This document shows, piece after piece, positions 48,901 to 61,289 of a DNA stretch of 64,000 bases. How positions within the stretch are numbered: position 1 is the stretch's first letter; each line of letters opens with the position of its first letter. Source of the stretch: Tubulanus polymorphus (taxonomy: Eukaryota > Animalia > Nemertea); the NCBI RefSeq assembly GCF_964204645.1, contig NC_134036.1, forward strand, positions 3,224,001 through 3,288,000. Direction: 5' to 3'. Under the pieces are notes generated by a model. The model was not told the origin of the DNA. It worked only from the letters and a program-made list of their open reading frames with translations, and made no database searches. Position numbers and translations under genes: made by a program.

Positions 48901-50880
48901 GTTTCGTAGTTGCATTTCTTGCGTCGCCGAGGCGATTTGTTGTTGTAGTCTCGCCGTCCTCGCCATTGTATCGGCCAAAGTCGACGACGCGCCCGGGGGC
49001 ACGGACAAGGTCGCCGCACGGATCTGCGGTATCGTCGCCTGCAAGGCAGACACAAAGAAGTCATATACACAAACTTTCCACCTGTTTACAAATTTCTTGA
49101 GTTTGCGATATGTGATTATACAAAATTCCCCCCCCCCCTCCGAGTGATTCAGAGAAATTTCTAGATTTAAAATGTTACAATTCATTCATTTTTCAGCGAA
49201 TCACGTATTAATAAAGAAACACGAAATCAATAACATTATCCAATTTCCTTGAGTTTTCTGTACGTACTATGCCGGTTCATATTCATCCATTTACGAAAGA
49301 CTCACCTGAATTTGAGCTTTTCGTTCTTGAATCATTTTCTGTGCGTTCGCCATCATTTCCTTAATCTACGTAAAGTGAGAAAAAATTGCATCAGGCAACG
49401 CGCGTTCTCTTTCTCAATTATTCATGAATTACGCCATCATTAGAGTAGTTACCTTATCAGCGGTCAGTTGTCCGGGACTCGGCTGTCCCGGTTCGGGAAT
49501 CGTCACCGGAGCGCTGTCCTCGAATTTCCGCTTCTTTTTCGTGTCGGACGAAGCATCGTCGTCGGTGAAACCGCGTTCTTCCTGAAACGGACGAGTGAAA
49601 AAAAAAAACAATTTTCTAAATTTCAAATATTGATTTCCAATGGAAATCAGTAGTAGAAATGAGCGGTTAACAACGGATAAATCGACGTATGATTTCTACG
49701 CACTTTACGCTTTCGCGATTTTTTCCTACTGGACGAACTGAAATCGTCGACGACGTCGAAGAGTTTATCGGTGAATTTGGCGGCTTGTTTCTCGTCGAGT
49801 ATCGCCGATAGTTTATCTGAAATAACACGACAATCAGGGTTCTGTATTTGTAGCAATACGCGACTGACTCGAAAATCAAAAATTTAACGGATACACTTAT
49901 TTTTCAAAATCAATGATTAACAATTTCAGTGCTGACTAATTAATACCTGAAAAACCTGGAGATAATTGATAATCAAAATAAAAATTTCACCCCAGTGTTA
50001 AATAACTGGCATACTGCTAGAGTGCGTCTAACGCTGTGGGCCAGTGTATCATTTGTTCTGTATTTGTAGCAATACAAGACTGACTCGAAAATCAAAATTT
50101 TTGATAAATGATTGACAATTTCAGAGCTGACTAATTAATACCCGAAAGTGCTGGGGCCAGTTGCTCAGTTGTGACTTAAGTCAAAAATTGGTCTTAAATC
50201 TTAAGACTGGTCTTAAGTTGTTAGATTGGCTATAGAACTTAGTTGGTCTTAAGTCTACGCCATGTAACCGGCCCAGGGCCCAGTTGCACAGTCGTGACTT
50301 AAGTCTAAAAGTGGTCTTAAATCATAAGACCGGTCTTAAATTGTTAGATTGGCTATAGAACTTAGTTGGTCTTAGACTGGTCTTAAGTCTAAGCCATGAC
50401 TATGCAACCGGCCCCTGGAGATAATTAATAATTTAAAAAAATTCCACCTCAGAGTGTTAAATAACTGGCATACTGCTTTGGTGAGTCTACAGCGCAGTGC
50501 GGTGTATCATTAGTTACTAATATTTTCCAATGTTTGACAGTTGCTTCCATCTTCCGATAGAGATAAAATCTTATTACTAATTACATCAATACACAGCAAT
50601 GCTGTGTACTGGCAAAATCTATCACTGATTTGTACACCGCAGTAAAGGATAAGGCGTGAAATAAAACAATGCAAATTGCAATCGCATTCGATGTTTTTAG
50701 AGTTACTGGGCCCGAATCATTCCACCTCTCCTCACCTCGGGTCTTCCGTTTATCGTATCCCTTATCGACGCAGTTGATCGCCGCGGTAACCAACGTCGTC
50801 TCGCTGAATCCGAGGAATTTCTGTACGGCTCGATTCACCTCCGGTTTCAAAACGTCCAAATCTTTCCGCGACAGAGACAT
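42945..50880 (-). CDS. PRPF3: U4/U6 snRNP protein Prp3, about 16 coding exons (e.g. 50880-50736, 48498-48475, ~47727-47478, ~46477-46334, 44924-44811, ~43103-42945)
   Basis: N-terminal PWI domain ([34 protein letters not shown]), then [43 protein letters not shown]...[13 protein letters not shown] and [20 protein letters not shown] junctions throughout. Confidence 0.93.
43386..43427 (-). ncRNA. Minimal type I hammerhead ribozyme (Penelope-like-element type)
   Basis: Minus strand: acac-CUGACGA-u-gaucuc-uagugu-gagauc-GAAAC-GUC-gugu. Stem I is acac/gugu, stem II is 6 bp, the stem III region is the palindrome ACGU, the cleavage triplet is GUC, and AATAAA lies downstream. Confidence 0.72.
43445..43488 (+). 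ncRNA. Second, more degenerate minimal hammerhead-like motif
   Basis: uucu-CUGAUGA-ugaacuuuagucaaaacuuc-GAAAC-u-GUU-ggaa, followed by AATAAA. Stem I is uucu/ggaa and stem II is imperfect. Confidence 0.45.
46585..46699. mobile_element. Tc1/mariner-type MITE with TA target-site duplication
   Basis: ta|cagtcaacccc ... ggggttgactg|ta. A relative lies at 62801-62966. Confidence 0.75.
50154..50413. mobile_element. Tandem pair of PIF/Harbinger-type MITEs with CTG flanks
   Basis: ctg|gggccagttgc...aaccggccc ag ggcccagttgc...ctatgcaaccggccc|ctg. Same family as 17599-17726. Confidence 0.75.
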
Positions 50881-51599
50881 CTTTAGTTCTTTTGTTCTAG
50901 TTTTTAGTTGTCTTTCTTATGATTATGATTCTCGACCTGTTGGTGAAAAAAAAGGAAAACGCGCTGTTAACTACTTATTCATGTGTTAACAAGCTTTACA
51001 TCATTTGGATCATTGTTTCCCAACATTCGTCCCATTGGATTGTTGATTTAACCTGAAGACTGGACCACAGCCTTTGAAGTGTCACCCCCATACTGTAGTG
51101 TAAGCAGCCAGTAGGACTTGAACCTACTTGTCAGTCAGTCATGGGATGGATAGGCCTAGGTACATAAATAGGTCGGTAAAACCACGACACTGTTTTATAT
51201 GTGGTAAAATATTGTGGCGCTAGCCTAGTCTATTGAACTGATGGATTAGGTTTGGCACATAACCATTAATGATACTTTTACTTGAATTACTTCGAAAAGA
51301 ATAGGCCTAACCCATTTTTGACAGTGAGACTGGTTTAAATACTTATTTCTGAGATAGACTGAGCCTTTAATTTCTGCCCTGGCAAGTGAGGTGAGGACTG
51401 TTGTTAAAACGAAATGAAAACGTATTTTCGAAGCGATTTACTCGGATTTCGACCGGTTCTGACGATTAGAAATATTACAAAAATTTTCAATACGAAAATT
51501 CTAATTCGACACGGGCTTAATACCGGAGATTCACTCCAATAAAAGCGGTTAAATCGTCACAAATTCCACTGAATCGTACCTTTCATTCGAGTTGAGACG

Positions 51600-51865
51600 C
51601 CATTAATCTTCTGCAGCATCCGTGCGCGAGTAAATTAAAATTAAAATTTGTTGAAAGACTCGGTCACGATTTTCGCTTATTCCAGTATTACCTGCTCTAA
51701 CGCGAATCCTTAAAAATAAGAATTTACTCCTTTTACGTGTTACTTTTGTTCGACGGATTTGAATTGTTCGATTTTCCGTTTCAGTCGGTGTTCTAGGCCG
51801 GCGGAGAAACTCGCTACGGCTGATCGGCGCGCTGCGCGATTTACGAATAGTGTGGAGCATCCAAC
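51600..51865. promoter_or_regulatory. Probable bidirectional promoter shared by PRPF3 and LSM7
   Basis: The PRPF3 5' non-coding exon donor (gaaag|gtacga, ~51579, minus strand) and the LSM7 ATG at 51866 are less than 300 bp apart. The region is CpG-rich and has a YY1-like CAACATGGCG at the LSM7 start. Confidence 0.6.
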
Positions 51866-52965
51866 ATGGCGCACGTAAGAGATGGAAAAGGCGATCGAGA
51901 GGTAAACATAAATCGTTTAATCGCGGCGTTGTGCAGCTTTTGGGCGGGTTAATAAAATGAGTGTGACAAGGACAGAAGAAAAGTGGGGGTAATGGGAATA
52001 GTATTTTTTGGGATGGGGGAGGTAGAACTGTCTAATTTTAGACAAGTCAGTCGAGCTGGAGGTGGAGCGGAGCCCGGAGGGCCGGACTGGCTCGATTCGA
52101 AGCGAAAAAGGAAGGTCGAAGTAAAACTGACATTTTTTTTGTTTTTCAGCCTCAACAGGAAAAGAAGAAAAAAGAGACGATCCTCGATCTGTCGAAGTAT
52201 ATGGATAAAAATATACGAGTAAAATTCAGTGGAGGACGAGAAGGTGCGAAGAAAAATAGTTCAAAAATTTTTTCATCATCTAATGACGTCGACTTGAATT
52301 AATCTTCAATTAATTAACGATTAATCGAAGTGAATGATATTTGTATTTTCAGCCGGTGGACTCTTGAAAGGTTTCGACCCATTGTTGAATCTTGTATTGG
52401 ACGACACAGTCGAGTTTCTCCGAGGTAGGTTCTAAGTTTCCGCGAGATTGAAACCTTTTCAGGACCAGTGGGGGACCCAATGTCCCCTGTGCTAAAAGTT
52501 TACAAACCACCTAGCCGATTATGGGGTCATTGTTGATAAATCAGCTATTTGGTTTTCAAATGTCAATGCATTCCTATATGTGCTGCCATCTGGTATTGAA
52601 ACTTAACACTAAGGAGAAAATCAGAGAAATATTGCCTGGCTCTATAAGGTTTTTTAATCAGTGATGTACTTTCGAAACAATTACAAACATTTCAAAGCTA
52701 CACCCTGTCTTCTTAAGAGCATTTCTTATTTAGTTATGAGCTTTTAAGGAATCAAGGAGTCGTAAAGATCCTGTTATTACTACCCGTAATCATATTCTTA
52801 ATTTGAATTTCTTTGTTTAAAATTTCAGATCCCGATGACCCGTACAAACTAACGCAGCACACGCGCCCCCTAGGATTAGTCGTATGTCGCGGCACGTCGG
52901 TAGTTTTGATTTGTCCGTCCGACGGAATGGAAGCGATACAAAACCCGTTCATCAATCAGGAATGA
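51866..52965 (+). CDS. LSM7: U6 snRNA-associated Sm-like protein LSm7; exons 51866-51874, 52150-52243, 52353-52424, 52829-52965
   Basis: Spliced product MAHPQQEKKKKETILDLSKYMDKNIRVKFSGGREAGGLLKGFDPLLNLVLDDTVEFLRDPDDPYKLTQHTRPLGLVVCRGTSVVLICPSDGMEAIQNPFINQE. Confidence 0.95.
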
Positions 52966-54742
52966 GTTAAAATACGACATCGGAATTCTCCGAGGACAAT
53001 TTAAAAAGTTTTGCGGAACGGAGCGTAATGATCTCGAAATAACTACCGAAAACGAAACTTTGTGCCCTCTGTGTATTTGAGCAGGATTATAATTGATAAC
53101 ATAAAGAGCCCCTAATAATAGTAGAGAATTCGGTCTTAGAAATCTTCGTAATGAGATCAAGGGGTTGCTATCGCTGTGCTGGCAAAAATATCTAGCATTT
53201 AAATATGTTTTATACAAAATACAACAAAAAAAAACCCAAAGAATATTTGTACATATGAATGTATAATAAACATGAATTGAAATTCAGATTCGTTTTTGTG
53301 ATGTTAGCCTGCGGATTTTCGAGATTTTTTTTGGATGAACACATGTCAACTGGGGCACATGTGTAGAGAAGAAAATTTGGCATTTCTTGTGAAATTAGAT
53401 TTGCAACTTTTTGTCGACCTGTCGTATCTACCAATAAATTCTCTCCGAGGAGGTACACAATTCTTGGGCAGTCGGAGTAAGGATATTCAACCCTAACTCG
53501 AGGAAAATACAAAATTGATCAGAAAGAATAACGGGACCACGAATAAAGATATACATCGACTTATTTTAAATATCAACTGTCATGGTTTTAATATTTTCAA
53601 TTAACAAATTTTTCCATCATTTTTCTATGATACATAATTACATATGTATAATACGCAAAACTATTCTTCAACAATTCTATAAATCCTACAAGTACAAATT
53701 ACGCGTCACCTTTGTATAATATTGAAAATTATTAAAATCTATTCTTTCATGTATTCAATAATATATTTCATTCGATAACAAACAAGGAATGAAAAACTGC
53801 AGTAGAATCCGCCTATAGCAGTAGCTCTATAGGCTGAGGCCACTGTACTGAGTAATAATTAAATAGGCATCAAAGACTGGAGCAATTTCGATGTTACATT
53901 GAAGTAAATGAATTTTGAAAGTCGATGACACAAAACCGCCATAAGACCCACCGATACGGTAACTGTCACTGAAGGTAATAGAACCGCAAACACATAATAA
54001 TCATATAAATATACACGTATAACGTCTTAATCTTTCACCGATATTTTCCAATAACGAAGGCAGTACTGGTCCCACGCGTTATAATGCAGAAAGTACAATA
54101 CATGTATTAAAGAACTTGCTTTTGATATTCACTCACTCTATGGGGCAACGACGAGCTTTACCGAGGATATCATTTATTCATATGTGTGCACAGCGAGTTA
54201 AGATGATGACTATAAAATTGACTAGTTCGACTAGACGGCTTCAGGTTTTAGCCACCCACCTGAGAGAGATAGCAGAGACAAACGCCAATCTGGTAATCGT
54301 TAAACAAAATGCTTCGCCGTGTACTTAAAACTATCACAGAAAAATGCTTGCATCGTTTTTCAACACAAGGAATTTTCCTCTAAATTCCACCTCTAACGTC
54401 ATTTATTCCCTAAAACACGGCTTTTTCATCTTAATGATTTTTCTATAAAAGTAAAGCACGTTAGCGTCTGTCAGCAAAGCGTTTCGAAAACATTGGAAGA
54501 ACTTCTGTCTTTTTCTCTAAAAAAAAAACATACGACACTTCAAAAACTACAGCTCTAAACTCAGCTGAACTACAGCTCATATCTAGTCAGCGCCTATCTT
54601 AACTCAGGCCGAACCGAAAAACTTCAGCATAGCACGAGCGTCGGCTCGTTTAAAACAAGTCATAATTTAAAGATCGAAGGCATTTTTTGGCAACGAATGG
54701 AGTCTAGCGCGTGCACCGGGTGGCGCCGCTTTTCGGCGACAA

Positions 54743-57700
54743 CTACTCGTGGAAGAACGGCACGCGCCGCAGCCATTTCTGTATCGTGTCGAACGTCATG
54801 AACGAAATGCCGACGGCGACCGGGCCTTTGATGAAATTCATCGTCAGTCCTTTGTAAAGTCCGCGTCGGATTCCTTCGGTCGACGCGACGCGTAATAACG
54901 TTCCTGAGATCGTCGTGTAAACAGACTCGTTACCGAATACACCTGAAATATACAACAACGTGTAAACGTTTTATTTTGATTTTGTTCGAGTTTGAATCCA
55001 AAATTCTGATATTGTACGGATATTTCCCTATGACCCCTGTCCATAAATTCCCCGATTAAATCATAAGATATCCTCTTTTTAAGATTAGATATTCCATACG
55101 CCACTCGTCAAATGCAAGAAAAAAGAAATTCAAATTCCCTGACTTCTCCCTGACTTCCAAAAAAATTGAATTCCAAGAAAAGTCAGAATTCTCTGATTTT
55201 CACTGCAGACGGAAATAATTGATTTCTCCTGATCAGTAAGAAGAACCCTTCCTCCGAAGAGGATAGAAATCGAGGTCAGCGGACTCTGAGACTCACCAGC
55301 TGTTTGCATGCGTCGTCGCACGATATCCAACGGATACGAAGACGTCTGCCCCAACAATCCGGCGATCGCTCCGAAACACAACCGATGCAACGCGGACGGG
55401 TCTTTATTTTTATAATACTCTACAACGAAAATAATGCGCAACAATTCCATCAGACATCGACAAGACGAGTTAAAACCCTTTCAGCGCTGACTAATTCATT
55501 AGATAATTAATTAACTGGCTATAATTTTGTTAATTCCATTGCAGTGCGTTGAAAATAACTGCTACAATACATTTACACAGCAAAGCAAAGCAGTGTATTG
55601 TTAGTCAGTTATATTTCACTATGTTTGACAGGTGCTGCCATCTTTCAATGGAGATAAAACTAATTACTTATAACATCAATGCACTATGATGGGGTGTTCT
55701 AGCAAAATCCAACACTGCACTGCGGTGTTTGTTGATGGTCTTTATGCCATCTTCAGAGAAGCTGAATTAGACATCAGCGACTTTCAACAGATGTTTGATG
55801 ACTACAACTCACCCCAGTGAAACTTTTTCAACGATTCGTACGTGAAGAAACTGACGCCGGAGTAAGGGACGACTCCGAGCAACGTCGGAGTGAATCCGCG
55901 ATACAGTTTCCAGATGCCTTCCTCGCGGTAAGTTTTCCGGAACACGCTGCGTAAACTGTAATACCTACAGTAACCGAAAACAAAGGACTCAATAATTAAC
56001 ACAGTCAAATACGTAGACAGAAATGGTTTGATTACATGCGCGATATAACTTTCTCAACAGTTTTCCCTAAATATTTCCGGACATGCACGTTGTTTTCCCT
56101 GACTAGATCTACTAAGAATCCAATCAATTAAACTAACACAGTCAAATATGTAGACATTGACAGAAACCGTTTGATATAAAGCGCGATATAGCAATCTTAA
56201 CATATTTCCCAGATTTTTAGCATTTAACAAAATTCCCCAACTTTTTTAAGGAAAGATATTTTCCTGACTTTCCCACTGATTTCCAGTTTCATAGACCGGT
56301 ATCAAAGTTATCCCTAGGGATAACTCCTAAATCTGGTTAACAACCACCATAATAACAATGAGAAACCATGGCTATAACTGAGAAATTTCAAGATGTTCCC
56401 AGGGACTATTTTGCTTGCACATCCATGAAACCCAGCCCAGGTTAGCGGTCACTGTCTATGATAGCCGCTGTAACTGTTAAACTAGCCTCACAGTTTTATT
56501 TCTGTGGATAACTGAAATATTGAGACTTACTTTTTTCGTTCGGTGACGGCCATTCGAGCTCGAACCATGTCCAACGGATAGGTACAAGATACAGCAGTAA
56601 CACCGGCCAGACTGCCGGCTATAAACCTCGGCAGTGGCGCTAATACTCTACAACAACAAAATACAACAGACGAATCTTTCAAACTGAGAGTCATTCAAAA
56701 GTGTTTATGAATATTGGTGTTTATCAGATAGTTGTGGGGTATTAAAATTGAAGTTTACGTTCACCAAAAGAAGTGATATTCGTAAGCCAGAAGATGCTGT
56801 CTCCAAATCCAAAGATGCCTAAGTTCAAGTATGTGGTATGTCCAAAAGCCACTATGGGGAGAGTGACGATCAGGTTTTTTACACAATTACGCTCAATTTC
56901 CCTGACCCGCGACCAAAAATTCCCCGATCAAATGATCAGATATCCCGAAGGAGGATGCTTCAACATGTAGAAGTTCATTGTGCCACCAAATGCACCAGGG
57001 GCCAGTTGTGTTAGAGTTACGTTAATAGTTGATATAGTGACAATTCAAATTGCACCGTAACTTTGGTATATATCCACTAGTTATCTTTTAACCAACTTAA
57101 GAGCATCTGGCCCCATGATTTCAAATCCCTTGACTTTTCTCTTGAATTTCTAGAAGAGTCAGAATTCTCTGATTTCCCCTGATGCAGCACGCGAGTAAAC
57201 AAGGGTATCAGAATAAACCAATCTAACTCGACGGAATAGAGGAGGCCGGGCGCGATCGTCCGATGTTCGTACCTCTGGTTGGTCGGATTCAGCAATCGTT
57301 TCCATTGTTCGTGCGCGGCGTATTGTATCGAGGCGTACGGTACGATACGCGCCATCGTCGCCGTGTTACCGCGCCACAACATGACGAAACCATCCGTACG
57401 GTAGGTGTTCACGATGAACCTCAGCGCCGCGACGTACGAGAACGGTGTCTTCGTCGCTGCAACGTTAAAACAACAATGTTAAGCGAATTTCGCTTTTTTG
57501 AACAATTTTTTCAGGGTGGCCACAAATCATGGTTCCCACAGTTATATGAATTCAAATTTCCCAGGTTTTTCCAAGTATTTCATGGGTGTTTTTTCAATTT
57601 TCCCAAATGGAAATGAACACATATCATTATGCTATAGTCATCATTTTAGTGGTGACTGGTTGATAAAGGTGATTTTCAAGGGGAAATCGCTGAAGAAAGA

Positions 57701-59590
57701 TGCCCTAGGCAAATGCAATACGTGAAATATAATGAATTTCCCAAATATTTCCCTGATTTGAGAAAAATTTCTCAAATTCCCAAATATTTCCAAACCAAAT
57801 TCCCAAGTTCTTCCCAATTTCCCTGTTCTGTGGGAACCATGCCACTTATATTTAATACATAGGCCTATAGTATGAGCTATACCAGCATACTAACACCCAA
57901 AAACCTCAACAAAAATATGGGATATGTCCAACAAACAGACCATAGCCTAGGACTTACAGACGGAAACTGTTTGGTTATACGCATGATCTAACTATCTCCC
58001 TGACAATTGCTTGACTTTTCTAAATAGAACAAAAAAAAATCCCTGAATTTTCCCTGGTCGCTCGAGTGTTCACCCTGTTTCCTATTTCTGTCACGTGGGG
58101 CAGAGAACAACCCGAACACTTACTTTGAAAGTTAATTTTCGTCCGATCCAACGGAGCGATGACGGTTTTTGCCACCGCGCCGGCGATGGCGCCGGCAGTC
58201 AACGACGTTAGCACTTTGTAATGATTTGGCACCTGAAGAATGAAGAGACGAGACGCGATTATACGCAGGTGCGGCGTGAAGCAGGTACGATTAGTGAAGA
58301 GATTTATGGGAACCAGATCTGAAGATTGGAGGAAATGAAAACGTTCCGGATGAAATGAAGGGTTTAATAATGAGCTCGCTTAAACCTTCGTCTATGTTTG
58401 CCCTGGATTTATTAAACCAGATCCATCCACAAATAAAACTCGAAAACTTGAAATTCTTCATTTTGGTATGTTTCGAACTCAGGGTAAAATTTTACCGGTC
58501 TCAATTTTACCGCAGTAAGAGACAGAGTCTGCTGTATTTCACAAACTGTTACTCAGTATTTGGCACCAACTCGGGGTAGAATTTTACCGGTCTCAACTTT
58601 ACCGCAGTAAGAGACTGAGTCTACTGTATTTCACAAACTCTTACTCCGTATTTGACACCAAATCGGGGCAGAATTTTACCAGTCTCAACTTTACCGCGGT
58701 AAGAGACAAAGTCTATTGTATTTCAAAAACTCTTACTCAGCATTTGACACCAATTCGGGGTAGAATTCTACCGGTCTCAACTTTACCGCAGTAAGAGACA
58801 GAGTCTGCTGTATATCACAAACTCTTACTCAGTATTTGACATCAATTCGGGGTAGAATTTTACCAGTCTCAACTTTACCGCAGTAAGAGACTGAGTCTAC
58901 TGTATTTCACAAACTCTTACTCCGTATTTGACACCAAATCGGGGTAGAATTTTACCAGTCTCAACTTTACCGCGGTAAGAGACAGAGTCTATTGTATTTC
59001 AAAAACTCTTACTCAGCATTTGACACCAATTCGGGGTAGAATTCTACCGGTCTCTACTTTACCGCAGTAAGAGACAGAGTCTACTGTATTTCACAAACTC
59101 TTACTCCGTATTTGACACCAACTCGGGCAGAATTGTATCAGTTTCTACTTAAAAGCAGAAAGAGACAGAGTCAACTAAACAGTCGCCTCAAACTCTTAAT
59201 CAGTATAGGAAGCACTTCGAGTAAACCAATAAACTTCTAAAAGCTCATTTGCTACTAAAGTCAGCCTGTTTAAGCTCGAGAGAGATCAGAGATACAAGGA
59301 GTAAGCGTGCTCTGAAACTGAGTATCAACGGCTCGTGAATTATCTAGATTACCTTGTGAGAGCCGACTGTAGCCGTTGCTCCGGAATGATGGTCGACGTC
59401 AGCGTGACCGGTATCAATGATAAATGACGGCACCTACACCACACAAAAATACACACAACTATCATTTCTATCATGCTCTCAGCCGGTAAACAGTGCTGAA
59501 TGAACCAACTCAATATCTAACCCTTCGCCAACCCTCCCGGACGGTGCGTTCTGTCAATCCAACACCGATGCTTGAACGGATACGACCCAT
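54743..59590 (-). CDS. SLC25A42: Mitochondrial CoA transporter SLC25A42-like; exons ~59590-59522 (tentative), 59433-59353, 58232-58123, ~57456-57272, ~56647-56531, ~55964-55812, ~55418-55297, ~54941-54743
   Basis: Three carrier repeats with PxDxxK/R signatures: [59 protein letters not shown] and [21 protein letters not shown]. The first exon and start codon are uncertain. Confidence 0.88.
58483..59210. repeat. 92-bp minisatellite, ~8 copies, in an SLC25A42 intron
   Basis: Unit ttttaccggtctcaactttaccgcagtaagagac.gagtctactgtatttcacaaactcttactc.gtatttgacacca..tcggggtagaa. Confidence 0.92.
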
Positions 59591-61289
59591 CGACCCAAAG
59601 ATGACAGGCACCCTCCATTAAACACAAGATGCCGACATTCACAAAATTGGCTCCTGGTGGTATAGCTGGATGATTTCTAAGGAAACACCACACTATACGG
59701 TGGCTGGTAGACACTCATGTTAATCTTAGTTAATGAACACAACCCACAGTTAGATCTGTAGAAACAGTTTATTTCTTTACAGTTTCGAGGTTAAAACTAA
59801 ACCTCATCTTCAGAGGAACAAAAAATATGTATTTTTTGTTCGTCTGAAGATGAGGTTTAGTTTGAGGTGAGTTTTCACCATACTTCAACATCGGGGAATC
59901 AAAATGTTTAATGACCTTTTTCTCTGATGATGAAGTTAAAAATTTGAAAAACTGTCCGAACAAACTGTTAAATCATCCGCTGTTGGTTTTGTGACTGTAG
60001 AGCCTATGTTTTAACACGAGATCAATGAAAGCATTAGACAATATTCAATCAAATATTAATCGTGCAGACTACAAAATCAGGGGATTCTACACATTCTAAT
60101 TATGGAAAGGTGTTAAAAGAGGGTTTTAGAAAATCATAAACATCACTGAGCACTAATAGCACCGTTAAATATCAATCACTAGAAATAATACAGCGAAAAA
60201 TGGTATGTTTTTTACCCTCTGATTCAGTTTGTGTTCGTCTTTTTCAGCGACTATGATTTGTAGATTCTTGGCCCCGGCCGGCGCGTCGCACGACCCGCCG
60301 ATCTTATCAACCCCCATGATACGCTCCCTAGCGGCCACCATGAGAACTAATACCGCAGTCGGTCGAACTGGACTGAGTTAAGTGTAAAGATGATGATTCA
60401 CATCACATGACGCCACCTGGTGAGAAGAGAAGATATTGCATGGACATTTTAATGAGTAATCCTGACAAATTGATGAATCAAATGCCTTTTAACTTTAAGT
60501 TTCACGACGACCTAAAAGATAGGTGCAATTTCAAATAGCCCTAGTTCAGTAACACGCCTTCTTAATCTGGTCGGGGGCGATGACATGTCAACCTGGACCA
60601 ATCATTGAACGGGGAGCTGATGAATTGAAAAAACAAATCAGACTCGCGTCAAATCAAATAGCTCTCTTGGATTTAGCCAATTAAAGGGGCTAGGCCTATA
60701 CTGTCCTCGTTAAAAACAGAAGCAAAGCGATGTCTAGACAAGATGAAGCATCTAGTTCAAAGGAATTGTATTTCGAGGAGTGATAGCTGGGCTTGAACTC
60801 AGTTGTCACGATCCACAATGGCCAATTTTGAATGCTAGACTACTAAAAAAGCCATAGGTAGGTCAGGTAGGTGAACGATTTAGACACAGACTACATTGAA
60901 CGTAGTTTCTATCATTTCACGAATAACAAGCGATTGATTTCACGGTTCAACCGATTTGATTCAACGAGAATACCTTTAACAATTAACGAAACACTGTGTG
61001 ACGATCAGGCATTGATTAATTACTATAAACCTCTTAAATTAGTAATTACTCCGACGGCGAATCTAGAGAAACGGAAGTGCTGTCAAAAATGGAACAAATC
61101 TGCAGCACTTTCGAAAAATTGTACCAAACCAGGAAAACTAGGGCTTTTTAACCTATAGAAGTTAATTCTTGATAGTTTTATCAATAATTCTATACCTATC
61201 GGTTGATAAAATTAGCAAATAACTATTTTTCAGTAAAAAGATGTTTTTAAAATTCGCCGCGGAGTCGTTTTTCGGGAACTTCCGTCAGA

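Noticed and set aside
58483-59210. Regular repeats as a CRISPR array (also 10028-10210, 25610-25985, 29565-29770)
   Set aside because: The units are contiguous with no unique spacers, the context is spliceosomal eukaryotic genes, and there are no cas genes.
59920-59960. CTGATGA...GAAA hammerhead-like string
   Set aside because: Stem II is weak and AU-only, the core has extra As, and there is no convincing stem I.
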